The notes under the pieces are model-generated. The model searched no databases. It was not told the DNA's origin and saw nothing but the letters and a program-made list of their open reading frames with translations. A DNA stretch of 64,000 bases, from positions 8,349-72,348 of the forward strand of contig CACEOL010000004.1 of assembly GCA_902561325.1 (NCBI GenBank), read 5' to 3'. Position 1 is the first letter of the stretch, and each line of letters starts with the position of its first letter. Both the position numbers and the translations under genes were made by a program. Shown here piece by piece: positions 49,955-62,222 of this stretch. This DNA is from an uncultured SAR86 cluster bacterium (GTDB lineage: Bacteria; Pseudomonadota; Gammaproteobacteria; Magnimaribacterales; AG-339-G14).

Positions 49955-52715
49955 AGATACTTTAAATCTGCCTAAAACAGGATTTTCCATGAAAGCCAAT
50001 TTGGCTCAGAAAGAGCCAGAGATGATTAAGTATTGGGAAGAAATTAAGCTTTATGACTTGCTGCAAAGTAAAAATAAAGATGGACCAAATTTTTTACTAC
50101 ACGACGGACCGCCTTATGCAAATGGTCCGATTCATCTTGGAACAACAAATAACAAGGTACTGAAAGATATCATTATTAAATTTAAACAACTTCAAGGTTT
50201 CAACTCTCCATACATTCCAGGCTGGGATTGTCATGGACTTCCAATAGAATTGAATGTTGAAAAAAAGATTGGAAAGGTAAATGTTGAAGTTCCCGCTGAT
50301 AAATTTAGAGAAGAGTGTCGAGAATACGCTAACCAACAAATTGCTATCCAAAGAAATGATTTTAAAAGGCTTGGGATTCAAGCGGATTGGAAAAATCCTT
50401 ACAAAACCATGTCTTTTGATTATGAGGCTAATACCATCAGGGCGCTTGGTAAAATAATTGAAGCCAATCATTTAGTAAGAGGAGAAAAACCCGTCTACTG
50501 GTGTTCAGAATGCAAGTCCGCACTTGCTGAAGCTGAAGTTGAATATTATGACAAAGAATCTAAAGCGATAGATTTTCTCTTTCCAATGCAAAGGGAAGTC
50601 CTTGAAAATTTACTTTCATTAGAAATTAATTCTCCAACTTTTGCTGCATCATGGACTACTACTCCTTGGACAATTCCAAGCAACCAAGCAATTTCTTTTA
50701 ATCCTGAGTTTGAATATGAATTAATAGAATTTGAACATGAAAATAATCAAATAGCTGTATTGGTTGCTTCCACTTTAAAGGAGAGAACTTTAGAGAGAAT
50801 AGATGTTGGTTCACACAATGTTTTAGGTAAGTTACCTGGAAATGCATTAAACGAAATTGAAGCGAATCATCCCTTTTTAAAGAGACGATCTTTATTTATT
50901 TCTGGAACGCATGTAACCGATGAAATGGGAACAGGACTTGTTCATACCGCTCCTGCTCATGGCATGGATGATTATCATGCTTGCTTAGGTAAAGACTTAG
51001 ATTTTCGGAGTCCGGTTGACGAAAAGGGTGAATTTATCACAAGCCAAGAATTCGTTGGCGGACTAAATTTAGAGGAGGCAAATAATAAAATTATTGAATT
51101 ATTGGCTGAAAAATCTTTATTGCTTAGTAAAAGTACCTACAGACACAGTTTTCCAAATTGTTGGCGTCATAAAATTCCTGTTTTTTTTAGAGCAACACCA
51201 CAATGGTTTATTTCCATGGAAAAGAACTTCCTTTTGCAAAACTCCGAAGAAAAAATAAATGAGATCAATTGGCTCCCAGAGTGGGGAAAATCAAGAATTG
51301 AAGGAATGATGCAAGAAAGACCAGATTGGTGTATCTCAAGACAACGCTCTTGGGGAGTGCCGCTTCCTCTGTTCACAAATAAAGAAACTGGAGAACTTCA
51401 TCCTAAAACTCTTGAAATTATTGAAAAAGTTGCACAAGAGGTAGAAAAAATAGGCATCCAAGCTTGGTATGATATGGAACCAAGTTCGTTAATTGATGAC
51501 TATAAATTATATGAAAAATCTTCTGATATCTTAGATGTTTGGTTTGACTCTGGCGTAACTCATCATTGTGTTTTAGAACAAAGAGAAAATTTATCTTATC
51601 CTGCTGATTTATATTTAGAAGGTTCAGATCAACACAGGGGGTGGTTTCAATCTTCTTTATTGACTGGCATGGCTATTAATAACGAAGCTCCGTATAGATC
51701 AGTTCTCACACACGGATTTGTAGTTGATGGCGAAGGAAAAAAACAATCTAAATCTCTGGGTAACACTGTCTCACCTCAATCAGTTTGGAACAAGAAAGGA
51801 GCTGATATTCTGAGGGCATGGGTAGCTTCATCAGATTTTAGAAATGAAATTTATTTTTCTGATGAAATCCTCGATAGAACAGCGGATTCTTATAGAAGAA
51901 TCAGAAATACGATTAGATTTTTGTTATCTAATTTATATGATTTTGATCATCAGCAAGAAGTCAGTTTAGATTCAAGAGTGGAAATAGATATATGGATTCT
52001 TAAAGAGGCAGAAAAACTCCAAAATGAAATTATTGAAGATTATTCAAATTATGAGTTTCATTTGGTTTATCAAAAAGTTCTAAATTTTTGTACTAACGAA
52101 TTGGGAAGCTTTTATCTAGATATTCTCAAAGACAGACTCTATACCTCAAAAAAATCTGGTATTGCCAGAATTTCAGCACAAGAGACAATAAAAAGCTTAT
52201 TGGATAAATTATTATTATGGATTGCACCAATTTTAAGTTTCACTGCAGAAGAGGCTTTCAGAGAGTTCTATAAAGACAAAAAGTCTATTTTTCTAGAAAG
52301 TTTTACATCAGCTCCAGAAGACATATCCCTAACTTTAGACGAAGATTCTTGGAAAGTGTTAAACGAAATAAAAATTGAGGCAAATAAACTTTTGGAGGAA
52401 AAAAGAAATGATGGAATTATTGGTTCTTCCTTAGACGCTGAAGTAAAAATCTTCTGTAACTCTGAGACATTTTTAAGACTAAGTCCTTGTATTGATGAGT
52501 TGAAATTTCTTTTAATTGTTTCAGAGGCTTCCTTGGAGGTAGCAGATGATGATGGTCAATCTTCTATTTCAATTGAAGTAAAACCCTCTGATAAAGAAAA
52601 ATGTGATCGTTGCTGGCACCATACGGGAAATCTCAAAAAGATTTTAGATTCAAATCTATGCCCAAGGTGTATAGAAAACGTAGAGGGCGAGGGTGAAAAA
52701 AGGAAGTTTTTTTAA
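49941..52715 (+). CDS. ileS: isoleucyl-tRNA synthetase type 1 (TTG 49938 or ATG 49941)
   Basis: [45 protein letters not shown]-terminal CDRC...CPRC zinc finger. Confidence 0.98.
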   Translation: MKKIKDTLNLPKTGFSMKANLAQKEPEMIKYWEEIKLYDLLQSKNKDGPNFLLHDGPPYANGPIHLGTTNNKVLKDIIIKFKQLQGFNSPYIPGWDCHGLPIELNVEKKIGKVNVEVPADKFREECREYANQQIAIQRNDFKRLGIQADWKNPYKTMSFDYEANTIRALGKIIEANHLVRGEKPVYWCSECKSALAEAEVEYYDKESKAIDFLFPMQREVLENLLSLEINSPTFAASWTTTPWTIPSNQAISFNPEFEYELIEFEHENNQIAVLVASTLKERTLERIDVGSHNVLGKLPGNALNEIEANHPFLKRRSLFISGTHVTDEMGTGLVHTAPAHGMDDYHACLGKDLDFRSPVDEKGEFITSQEFVGGLNLEEANNKIIELLAEKSLLLSKSTYRHSFPNCWRHKIPVFFRATPQWFISMEKNFLLQNSEEKINEINWLPEWGKSRIEGMMQERPDWCISRQRSWGVPLPLFTNKETGELHPKTLEIIEKVAQEVEKIGIQAWYDMEPSSLIDDYKLYEKSSDILDVWFDSGVTHHCVLEQRENLSYPADLYLEGSDQHRGWFQSSLLTGMAINNEAPYRSVLTHGFVVDGEGKKQSKSLGNTVSPQSVWNKKGADILRAWVASSDFRNEIYFSDEILDRTADSYRRIRNTIRFLLSNLYDFDHQQEVSLDSRVEIDIWILKEAEKLQNEIIEDYSNYEFHLVYQKVLNFCTNELGSFYLDILKDRLYTSKKSGIARISAQETIKSLLDKLLLWIAPILSFTAEEAFREFYKDKKSIFLESFTSAPEDISLTLDEDSWKVLNEIKIEANKLLEEKRNDGIIGSSLDAEVKIFCNSETFLRLSPCIDELKFLLIVSEASLEVADDDGQSSISIEVKPSDKEKCDRCWHHTGNLKKILDSNLCPRCIENVEGEGEKRKFF

Positions 52716-53196
52716 AACACAAAAATTATTCTTTCTGACTGCATTAATTATATCTTTGGTCTTTTTTGATCAATTCTCAAAATACTTAATTGAGGCAAAC
52801 TTTGATCTTTATGAGTCTACAAACATAATTCCGTTCTTAAATTTCACTTTTATAAAAAATTTTGGCGGCGCTTTTAATTTATTTAACGATGCTTCTCTTA
52901 ACTTAGGATTGGTATTTATTTTGTTAGTTTCTTTAATTTGTCTTTATCTTCTTTTAGCAATTTTTACCAATCTTGCATTCAAAGAAATTCTTTTTAAAGA
53001 GAGGGTTTTTTGGAGCTTTATTCTTGCTGGTGGATTGGGAAATCTTTTAGATAGAATCACAAGAGGCTATGTTGTAGATTTTATTGATATAACATTTAAT
53101 CCTTATGTATTTAATTTAGCTGACTGCTTTGTGACATTAGGTATAATTTTTTTATTATTTGATTCCTTTTTTGTGCATAAACCTGATGCAGAGTAA
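52693..53196 (+). CDS. lspA: lipoprotein signal peptidase II
   Basis: DQFSK, N.GGAF, GGLGN..DR, VVDFI, FNLAD. Confidence 0.94.
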   Translation: MKKGSFFKTQKLFFLTALIISLVFFDQFSKYLIEANFDLYESTNIIPFLNFTFIKNFGGAFNLFNDASLNLGLVFILLVSLICLYLLLAIFTNLAFKEILFKERVFWSFILAGGLGNLLDRITRGYVVDFIDITFNPYVFNLADCFVTLGIIFLLFDSFFVHKPDAE

Positions 53197-54127
53197 GACC
53201 ATTAAGCTAGCTAATCCTAGAGGCTTTTGTGCTGGAGTAGATAGGGCAATAGATATCGTAAATATTGCTTTGGATAAATTTGGGCCTCCTGTTTATGTAA
53301 GGCATGAAGTTGTTCACAATCGAAAAGTTGTGCAAGACCTAAAAATTCGTGGAGCTAGATTTGTTGATAATCTTGATGAGGTTCCAGAAGGATCTGTCAC
53401 AATTTTTTCAGCTCATGGAGTATCTGAAAAAGTAGAATCTCAAGCAAAAAAATATAATTTAAACTTTTTTGACGCTACTTGCCCACTTGTTACTAAAGTA
53501 CATATGGAAGTTATTAGATATGCTCAGCAAGGAAGAGACGTCATCATGATTGGACATAAAAATCATCCTGAAGTTGAGGGAACTCTTGGCAGGTTTCCAA
53601 ATGAAAGTTCAGGAAAAATATATCTCGTTGAAGATGAAAAGGATGCTCAAAATATACATATTTCTCAGCCCTCTAATTTAGCTTTAGTTACTCAGACAAC
53701 TCTTTCGGTAGATGATACGAAGCAGATTATTGAAATACTCAAGAAAAGATTTCCTGAAATAAAATCACCAAATGCAGATGATATTTGTTATGCAACACAA
53801 AATAGACAAGATGCTGTAAAGCAGCTTGCTTTAGAAACAGACTTTATAATTGTTGTTGGTTCTGAAAATAGCTCAAATTCAAATCGATTGAAGGAACTAG
53901 CAGAGCTCATGGGAACGGAATCATGCTTGGTAGACCATGTTTCGCAACTTTCTGAGGACTCTTTGAAAAACATCAGTAAATTAGGAATTACATCAGGAGC
54001 TTCAGCTCCTGAAGAACTTGTTAAAGAAATAATTTCCTACTGCAAAGGTTTTGGGTTTTCTATAGTTGAAGAAATCCAAGGCCTTAAAGAAAATATATCC
54101 TTCAAACTACCAAAAGAGCTTAGATGA
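53186..54127 (+). CDS. ispH: HMBPP reductase (start ATG 53186)
   Basis: [38 protein letters not shown]. Confidence 0.97.
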   Translation: MQSKTIKLANPRGFCAGVDRAIDIVNIALDKFGPPVYVRHEVVHNRKVVQDLKIRGARFVDNLDEVPEGSVTIFSAHGVSEKVESQAKKYNLNFFDATCPLVTKVHMEVIRYAQQGRDVIMIGHKNHPEVEGTLGRFPNESSGKIYLVEDEKDAQNIHISQPSNLALVTQTTLSVDDTKQIIEILKKRFPEIKSPNADDICYATQNRQDAVKQLALETDFIIVVGSENSSNSNRLKELAELMGTESCLVDHVSQLSEDSLKNISKLGITSGASAPEELVKEIISYCKGFGFSIVEEIQGLKENISFKLPKELR

Positions 54128-55365
54128 AAAGTGACATAGCAATTATTGGAGCTGGTATCGCTGGCATAACAACAGCTTACGCACTTGCCAAAAAAGGTCA
54201 TAAAGTTACTTTAATTGATTCCAGAAGATATCCTGCAATGGCAACTAGTTATGCTAATGGAGGTCAATTAAGTGCCAGTAATTCCGAAACTTGGAATACT
54301 ACAAAAAACATACTCAACGGAATTAAGTGGATGTTCAAGAAAGATGCTCCGCTTCTTTTTAATCCTTCGCCCAGTATTCAAAAATACAAATGGATGATTG
54401 GTTTTCTTCTAGCTACATTTAATGGCAAACATAAATCTAATACTCAACAAACTATCGAGTTAGCCAAAAGAGCCAGAGAAATATACTTCGATATAGCAGA
54501 CTCCGAAGGTATTAAGTTTGATCTTTTAAAGAAAGGCATTCTTCATTTTTATAACGACGAAAAAGAATTTAGTTCTGCAGCAGACAAAGCTTCTTGGCTA
54601 GATCAGGAAGGCATGGAATGGGAGGCTTTATCTTTAGATGAAATTGAAGATTTGGAACCTGCATTCAAGTCTGCAAGCAACGAAAAGAAAATAGTCGGGG
54701 GAATTTATACTAAATCCGATGCAAGTGGCGATATTCATAAATTTTGTACCAATATGATTAAAACCCTGGAAGAAAAATATGGTGTTGAAACTTTTTTCAA
54801 TACCGAAATAGAAACAATCTACAAAGATAAAGACAAAGTAATTCTTTCTGCGACAGATCAAGCCAATTCAAAAGGATATGTTTTCGATCAAGTTGCAGTT
54901 TGTGCTGGCGTTGAAACTCAAAAGTTTGCAGATATATTAGGTGATAGTATGAGAGTTTATCCTGTCAAAGGTTATAGTGTAACCATCTATCTCGACGATA
55001 TGATTTCTCAACAAGCTGCTCCTCAGGTGTCTTTATTGGATGATCCAGTAAAAATTGTTTCCAGTAGGCTTGGCAATAGACTTAGGGTTGCAGGAACTGC
55101 AGAATTGGCTGGAAAGAATAAAGATATCAGACAAGATAGAATCCGTCCTTTGCTTAATTGGGTAAGAGAATATTTTCCTTCTGTAAGCACAGAAAACTAT
55201 ACGCCCTGGGCTGGTTTGAGACCTATGACACCTGACATGATGCCTTTAATATTTGAGAGTAAAGTGAAGGGAATATTTTACAATACGGGACACGGTCATT
55301 TAGGCTGGACTTTAGGAGCAGCTACTGGCGAAATATTGGCTGAAAAGATGGGTAATGATCAATAA
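54124..55365 (+). CDS. dadA: D-amino acid dehydrogenase (DadA-like)
   Basis: [42 protein letters not shown]. Confidence 0.88.
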   Translation: MKSDIAIIGAGIAGITTAYALAKKGHKVTLIDSRRYPAMATSYANGGQLSASNSETWNTTKNILNGIKWMFKKDAPLLFNPSPSIQKYKWMIGFLLATFNGKHKSNTQQTIELAKRAREIYFDIADSEGIKFDLLKKGILHFYNDEKEFSSAADKASWLDQEGMEWEALSLDEIEDLEPAFKSASNEKKIVGGIYTKSDASGDIHKFCTNMIKTLEEKYGVETFFNTEIETIYKDKDKVILSATDQANSKGYVFDQVAVCAGVETQKFADILGDSMRVYPVKGYSVTIYLDDMISQQAAPQVSLLDDPVKIVSSRLGNRLRVAGTAELAGKNKDIRQDRIRPLLNWVREYFPSVSTENYTPWAGLRPMTPDMMPLIFESKVKGIFYNTGHGHLGWTLGAATGEILAEKMGNDQ

Positions 55366-55885
55366 AGAAGGCTGGCTTACAAAAGCGGAAAAACATATTT
55401 CTCCAAACTGTGATCAAAGACCAATAAATTCTGAGATAAAACTCATCGTTATTCACAACATTAGCTTGCCCCCAGAAAACTTTGCACCTGAAAATGTCAA
55501 AAAATTCTTCAAGAACGAACTTGATTTCGAGTCTCATGAGTTTTTTCATGAGATAAGAGGCCTAAAAGTATCTAGCCACTTTGTAATTGATCGACTAGGA
55601 AAAATTTATCAATTCGTTTCGGTTTATGACAGGGCATGGCATGCTGGCGTATCATCTTTTAAAAACCAAGAAAATTGCAATGATTTTTCATTAGGAGTTG
55701 AACTCATCGGTAGTGACAATGCTCCCTTTGAAGATAATCAATATGATTCCTTAAATAAGCTTATTGAAATTCTATGTAGTTCTTTTCCAGAGATAAAAAA
55801 AGAAAATATCGTAGGTCATTCTGAGATAGCACCAGGCAGAAAGACTGATCCAGGACCCTTTTTTGATTGGTCAAAGATAAGATAA
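55355..55885 (+). CDS. ampD: 1,6-anhydro-N-acetylmuramyl-L-alanine amidase
   Basis: IHNISLPP, VSSHF, AWHAGVS, CNDFS.GVEL, GHSEIAPGRKTDPGP. Confidence 0.96.
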   Translation: MINKEGWLTKAEKHISPNCDQRPINSEIKLIVIHNISLPPENFAPENVKKFFKNELDFESHEFFHEIRGLKVSSHFVIDRLGKIYQFVSVYDRAWHAGVSSFKNQENCNDFSLGVELIGSDNAPFEDNQYDSLNKLIEILCSSFPEIKKENIVGHSEIAPGRKTDPGPFFDWSKIR

Positions 55886-55894
55886 AATAGCTTA

Positions 55895-56377
55895 ATGCCG
55901 TCCTTTGATATTGAATCCAAAATTGACAACCATGAGTTATCAAACGCAATAGATCAAACTAATAGAGTTATCACTAATAGATACGACCTTAAAGATGCAA
56001 ACGCTAATGTTTTATTGCAAGAGAACGAAATTAGAGTTTCTTCTAATGAATCCTTTCAATTAGATCAAATTATCCCAATTCTCAAAGAAAATTTAAGTAA
56101 ACGCAAAATTGATTTAAAGAGTTTAAAAATAGGAGAGACTCATGAAGCTAACAATTCAGCCTCAGTAAACATAGAACTCGTAAAAGGTATTTCCAGCGAA
56201 ATAGGCAAAGAAATTAATGCGCTTATAAAATCAAAAAAAATGAAAGTACAAAGCTCTATCCAGGGAGACTCCGTAAGGATTTCTGGAAAGAAAAGAGATG
56301 ATCTTCAAGCTGCAATCACATTAATAAAAGAACAAAATTTCGATATTCCTTTACAGTTTCAAAATTTTAGAGACTAA
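55895..56377 (+). CDS. yajQ: YajQ-family nucleotide/c-di-GMP-binding protein
   Basis: MPSFDI, IQGD.VR.SGKKRDDLQ, PLQFQNFRD. Confidence 0.95.
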   Translation: MPSFDIESKIDNHELSNAIDQTNRVITNRYDLKDANANVLLQENEIRVSSNESFQLDQIIPILKENLSKRKIDLKSLKIGETHEANNSASVNIELVKGISSEIGKEINALIKSKKMKVQSSIQGDSVRISGKKRDDLQAAITLIKEQNFDIPLQFQNFRD

Positions 56378-56379
56378 AA

Positions 56380-57660
56380 ATGACTTTTATAGATTCTTTG
56401 AGGAATTATTTAAGCCCTCAAATTTTAATAATTTTGTGCTTAGGCTTCATCTCCGGAGTGCCATATGGAGTTTTAATGGACCCCCTGAATTATTGGTTAT
56501 CAGAGGAGGGTATTGAAAAATCTACCATTGGCCTGCTTTCTCTAGTTTTTTTAATATACTCCTTAAAAGTATTTTGGGCTCCATTAGTAGACCGTTTGAA
56601 GATTCCAGGACTTCATAGTTTAGGACAAAGAAAATCATGGTTATTTTTATCACAGTTTGTAACTGGTTTAATCATATTATTAATTAGTTTTGTTGAGCCA
56701 AAAGAAAGTTTAAATATCTTTGTTTATTTGATTCTTGCAATTGGGTTTTTTTCTGCCACACAAGATATATGTGCTGACGCATTAAGAATAGAACTTGTTG
56801 AAAAAAGGGAGTTAGGTGAGGCATCAGCAGTTTTTGTTATTGGTTGGAGAATCGGAGCTATTTTGCTTTCCGGGGTAGCTACTTTTTACCTAGCTGAATT
56901 ATTTGGATGGAGTTTTGCTTACCAAATGATAGGCATAATCGTAATCTTTTTGTCTTTTATTTTTTTAATACTCATAAGAGAGCCAACGAGAGAGATTAGA
57001 CCGCCAAAAGATTTTTTCAAGGAACCTCTTGGATGGTTTGAAGATTCTTTTTTAGCTCCATTAAAGGACCTTTATTTAAGATATAAGAACCATCTGCTGC
57101 TCTTACTGCTTTTAATATTTACTTACCGACTTAGCGATATGTTTTTAGGCCCAATGGCCATGCCGTTCTATAGAGAAACAGGATTTACAAAAATTGAAGT
57201 AGCTGAAATAACTAATTTTTATGGGCTAATCATGACTATCTTGGGCGGTTTATTTGCCGGAGCTTCAGTATATCGTTACGGTCTTTCAAAAAATCTGGTT
57301 GCAGGGGCAATTTTAACTCCTTTAACCAATCTCCCTTTTATTTATCTAAACATGATTGGTCATGATGTAAATTTCCTCATAGTCACCATTACTTTAGACA
57401 ACTTTACTCAGGGATTTGTGAATGTGATGGGCGTTACTATTCTCGGTACAATTGTTTCAAAAAGTTTTACCGCAACGCAGTTTGCTTTTTTAGTGGCATT
57501 GGTTTCAGTACCTCCAAGGATTATTTCAGGAGGCTCAGGAATAATTGTTGATAATATGGGGTTTCATGAGTTTTTCATAATTTGTGCTTTACTTGGAATT
57601 CCTGCAATTATTTTCTCGATAATGGCCCATAAAAGAAGACAGGAACTGGGTTTTGAATAG
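56380..57660 (+). CDS. ampG: muropeptide MFS permease AmpG
   Basis: LGFISG.P, K.FWAPLVD, GQRKSW, SATQDI..DA.RIE, TATQFA. Confidence 0.92.
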   Translation: MTFIDSLRNYLSPQILIILCLGFISGVPYGVLMDPLNYWLSEEGIEKSTIGLLSLVFLIYSLKVFWAPLVDRLKIPGLHSLGQRKSWLFLSQFVTGLIILLISFVEPKESLNIFVYLILAIGFFSATQDICADALRIELVEKRELGEASAVFVIGWRIGAILLSGVATFYLAELFGWSFAYQMIGIIVIFLSFIFLILIREPTREIRPPKDFFKEPLGWFEDSFLAPLKDLYLRYKNHLLLLLLLIFTYRLSDMFLGPMAMPFYRETGFTKIEVAEITNFYGLIMTILGGLFAGASVYRYGLSKNLVAGAILTPLTNLPFIYLNMIGHDVNFLIVTITLDNFTQGFVNVMGVTILGTIVSKSFTATQFAFLVALVSVPPRIISGGSGIIVDNMGFHEFFIICALLGIPAIIFSIMAHKRRQELGFE

Positions 57661-58012
57661 AAGTCTATATTCAAATAGATGGTTAAATTGTTTTTATATT
57701 CTATTTTTAATTTCCTTGTATTTATTTTTTGCTCCTTTCGAAGATGATGGTCCAGAAATTTTTCCTCACTCAGATAAAATTGCACATTTTTCTATATTTT
57801 TCTTCATGACTATCTTTTTAATAGTTGGAAGACTAAAAAAGAATTACGCTCTAATTTTCTGTATTTTGTATGCTTTGTTTACAGAAATTGTTCAAACTTT
57901 TCTTAATTATAGAACCGGCAGTATTTTTGACTTTGTTTCAGACATTCTGGGCATAACTTTTGCAATTTTTTTTATTTTTTTCCTTGAAAAAAGAGCTATA
58001 GAACATAAATAA
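57653..58012 (+). CDS. VanZ-family membrane protein
   Basis: DKIAHF, E..Q.....RTGS..D..SD.LG. Confidence 0.85.
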   Translation: MNRSLYSNRWLNCFYILFLISLYLFFAPFEDDGPEIFPHSDKIAHFSIFFFMTIFLIVGRLKKNYALIFCILYALFTEIVQTFLNYRTGSIFDFVSDILGITFAIFFIFFLEKRAIEHK

Positions 58013-58090
58013 ATAAGTGTTGTGAATTGGTCATTCGTTTAATAGAATGCGCATCTCACATTTGTTTAGTTATTTTAAAGGAGTGCTAAT

Positions 58091-58384
58091 ATGAAATTTA
58101 ATCCACTAGGAGACAAACTTCTTGTAAGAAGAAGTGAAGAGGAAGAAACCACTGCAGGAGGTATTGTTTTGCCTGGATCTGCAGCTGAAAAGCCTTCCCA
58201 AGGTGAAGTGTTAGCTATTGGACCAGGAAGAGTTCTTGATTCAGGAGAAAAAGTTGAAGTTCCAGTGAGCGTCGGAGACACAGTTGTTTTTGGCCAATAC
58301 GCGGGAAGCAATACTATAAAGGTTGATGGTGAAGAATTACTAATTCTCAGTGAAAGCGATCTTCTTGGAACGGTTTCCAAGTAA
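58091..58384 (+). CDS. groES: co-chaperonin GroES
   Basis: [24 protein letters not shown]; AGGAG RBS. Confidence 0.98.
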   Translation: MKFNPLGDKLLVRRSEEEETTAGGIVLPGSAAEKPSQGEVLAIGPGRVLDSGEKVEVPVSVGDTVVFGQYAGSNTIKVDGEELLILSESDLLGTVSK

Positions 58385-58414
58385 ACAATTAAATATTTTT
58401 TTAATACGAGGTAA

Positions 58415-60061
<1,647 letters not shown>

Positions 60062-60074
60062 AAATATTCTGTCG

Positions 60075-60108
60075 AAAAAAAAGAGGCCATGTTAGGCCTC
60101 TTTTTTTT
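60075..60108. terminator. rho-independent terminator after groEL
   Basis: A8-GAGGCC-atgtta-GGCCTC-T8. Confidence 0.92.
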
Positions 60109-60154
60109 ATTTTACGGTTTTAGAATATAATAAAGCTTTAAAGAGGGAGATTTA

Positions 60155-60838
60155 ATGGAAATAGAACTATATTTATACAATGTCCTAGTGAGATGGGGAC
60201 ACATCTTAGTTGGTATAGCCTGGATAGGGCTTTTATATTATTTTAATTTTGTGCAAACAGAATACGTAAAAGTCGCAGATCCTGATGCTAAGGCAGATGT
60301 TATGAAAAAATTAGCACCCAATGCGCTTTGGTGGTTTAGATGGGCTGCTTTTTTAACTTTTTTAACAGGTTTATATCTTTTATATGTTCAAGAACGAGCG
60401 ATTACAACAGCTATAACTTTAGGGTCATTAATGGGAATAATCATGATGTTGAATGTTTGGGGAATCATTTGGCGTAATCAAAAGATTGTTATCGGTCTAA
60501 AAGAAGGAGATGCAGCAGCAGCAGGAGCTAAGGCTGGTCTAGCCTCTAGGACAAATACTTTACTTTCTTTGCCAATGCTTTATTTCATGGTTTCTTCAGC
60601 TCATGGCGGAACGGCTTCTTACCCAAAATCATATCTTTTAATTGATCAATCTGCTGCGGGGGGACCCATTGCAGGATATTTAGGTTATGATTTTTGGATT
60701 GTAGTGGCTGCGGTGCTTTTGATTGAGTTGAATGCAATTTATGGAAAAATGTTTCCCGTTATTGCATCTGTAAGATCAGTTATAACTTCAAGCTTTGTCT
60801 TAACTATTATTTTTTCTGGCTTAGTTTTTTATATCTAA
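60155..60838 (+). CDS. PuuD / urate-oxidase N-terminal-like membrane protein
   Basis: RW.HI..GIAWIGLLYYFNFVQ, LWWFRWAA..T..TG, M.NVW.IIW.NQK, SRTN..LS.PML.FM. Confidence 0.8.
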   Translation: MEIELYLYNVLVRWGHILVGIAWIGLLYYFNFVQTEYVKVADPDAKADVMKKLAPNALWWFRWAAFLTFLTGLYLLYVQERAITTAITLGSLMGIIMMLNVWGIIWRNQKIVIGLKEGDAAAAGAKAGLASRTNTLLSLPMLYFMVSSAHGGTASYPKSYLLIDQSAAGGPIAGYLGYDFWIVVAAVLLIELNAIYGKMFPVIASVRSVITSSFVLTIIFSGLVFYI

Positions 60839-60839
60839 G

Positions 60840-62120
60840 TCAATCATCGCTGAGTTCTTCATCTTCTTGTTCGATTTGAAGAACTCTCGCGATTTTAATC
60901 ATATTATTTCTAATCAATACAGTCTCGATAGCGTAATTGCCGATTTCTATTTTGATATTGTCTTCAGGAATTGTTTCAACCTGATCAATAATTAATCCGT
61001 TTAAGGTTTTAGCTCCATTTATTGGAAGCTGCCAATTTAATTTTTTGTTTAGCTCTCTTAAGGGTATCGAGGCATCAATTAAATAACTTCCATCCTTTTG
61101 CTCCATAATTTCTACAGTCTCTCTATCTATATCTGTAGCAAGCTCACCAACAATTTCTTCAAGAACATCTTTAATCGTAACTAATCCCTTAACGGATCCA
61201 TATTCATCAATTATTACAGCAACCGTCTTTTTATTTTTTTGGAAATTGAAAAGTTGTGTACTCAAAGGAGTATTTTCTGGAATGAAGTAAGCTTCCTCTA
61301 ATGATTCAATCAAACTTTCAATAGATTTATCTTCATTTGAAAGAAAGGCAGTAATTCCATAAAGGTCTATAACCCCTCTTAGATCATCAAGAGATTCATC
61401 ATAGACAGGCAAAAAATCCTTTTGATTATTTTGAAGATTACTCAGAATATTTTCTATTGGCTGATTTATATCAATACCAATTACTTCACTTCTTTGCGTC
61501 ATAACCTCATCAACGGAAACTTTATCTAGCTCCAAAACACTAATTAACATGTCCTGATATTTCTTGGGAATCAAATCTCCAGAGTTTTCCAAGACGCTCT
61601 TTAATTCTTCAGGCGACAAATCTTCTTTAATTGAAGTTTCTTTTGTTCCCAAAAGCCTCATAAAAAAGTTTGAAAAGAAGTTAACAAACAAAACCAATGG
61701 CCTGAGTATCTTTTGCAAATATTTAAGGATTAGAGATGCCGGAAGAGCAACTTTTTCTGAATTCAATGCCGCGAAAGTCTTAGGAGTAATTTCAGCAAAT
61801 ACTAAAATTATTAAAGTTAAAACAATTGATCCTATTACAACGCCACTATCTCCAAATAAATTTAAACAAAGGACAGTCGTCAGTGAAGCTGCAAGAATAT
61901 TTACAAAATTATTGCCTATGAGAATAACACCTAGCAATCTATCGGGTCTTTTTAAAAGTTTGTCAGCTCTTATAGCTCCTTTATCGTTTTCCTTAACCAA
62001 ATGTTTAAGACGATACCTATTTAAGGACATCATAGCCGTTTCTACTCCAGAGAAAAAAGCAGAAAGAAATAGCAGAAAAACGATGCTTGAAAAAAGCATC
62101 CAAGGATTAACGTCAGCCAA
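60840..62120 (-). CDS. CNNM/CBS/CorC-domain transporter (CorB/YfjD)
   Basis: SAFFSG.ETA, ILIGNNFVNI, FAEITPKT, VIIDEYG, D.LEEIVGE, KTLNGLI. Confidence 0.92.
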   Translation of the reverse strand: MADVNPWMLFSSIVFLLFLSAFFSGVETAMMSLNRYRLKHLVKENDKGAIRADKLLKRPDRLLGVILIGNNFVNILAASLTTVLCLNLFGDSGVVIGSIVLTLIILVFAEITPKTFAALNSEKVALPASLILKYLQKILRPLVLFVNFFSNFFMRLLGTKETSIKEDLSPEELKSVLENSGDLIPKKYQDMLISVLELDKVSVDEVMTQRSEVIGIDINQPIENILSNLQNNQKDFLPVYDESLDDLRGVIDLYGITAFLSNEDKSIESLIESLEEAYFIPENTPLSTQLFNFQKNKKTVAVIIDEYGSVKGLVTIKDVLEEIVGELATDIDRETVEIMEQKDGSYLIDASIPLRELNKKLNWQLPINGAKTLNGLIIDQVETIPEDNIKIEIGNYAIETVLIRNNMIKIARVLQIEQEDEELSDD

Positions 62121-62175
62121 TTGTAGGAATTATATGAATTGTTTGCATTTTTTTACAATTATAGGAAGGTTTTAC

Positions 62176-62203
62176 TTGAATACAAAATTAAATTACTTAG
62201 AAT
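62176..62203 (+). promoter_or_regulatory. putative sigma70 promoter of the rpsP operon
   Basis: TTGAAT, 16-nt spacer, TAGAAT, 19 nt upstream of ATG 62223. Confidence 0.4.
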
Positions 62204-62222
62204 ACGCTTCTCAAAGAGATTT

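Noticed and set aside
57983-58010. sigma32 promoter for groESL (CTTGAAA)
   Set aside because: The -35 fits, but there is no convincing CCCCAT -10 element, so it is not listed as a feature.
58063-58089. Complete CIRCE operator
   Set aside because: Only the right arm matches; the sequence 9 nt upstream (TGTTTAGTT) does not match TTAGCACTC.
62139-62222. 28-aa N-terminal extension of S16 in the ORF track
   Set aside because: The conserved S16 start MVTIRL is at 62223, and the extension overlaps the likely promoter.
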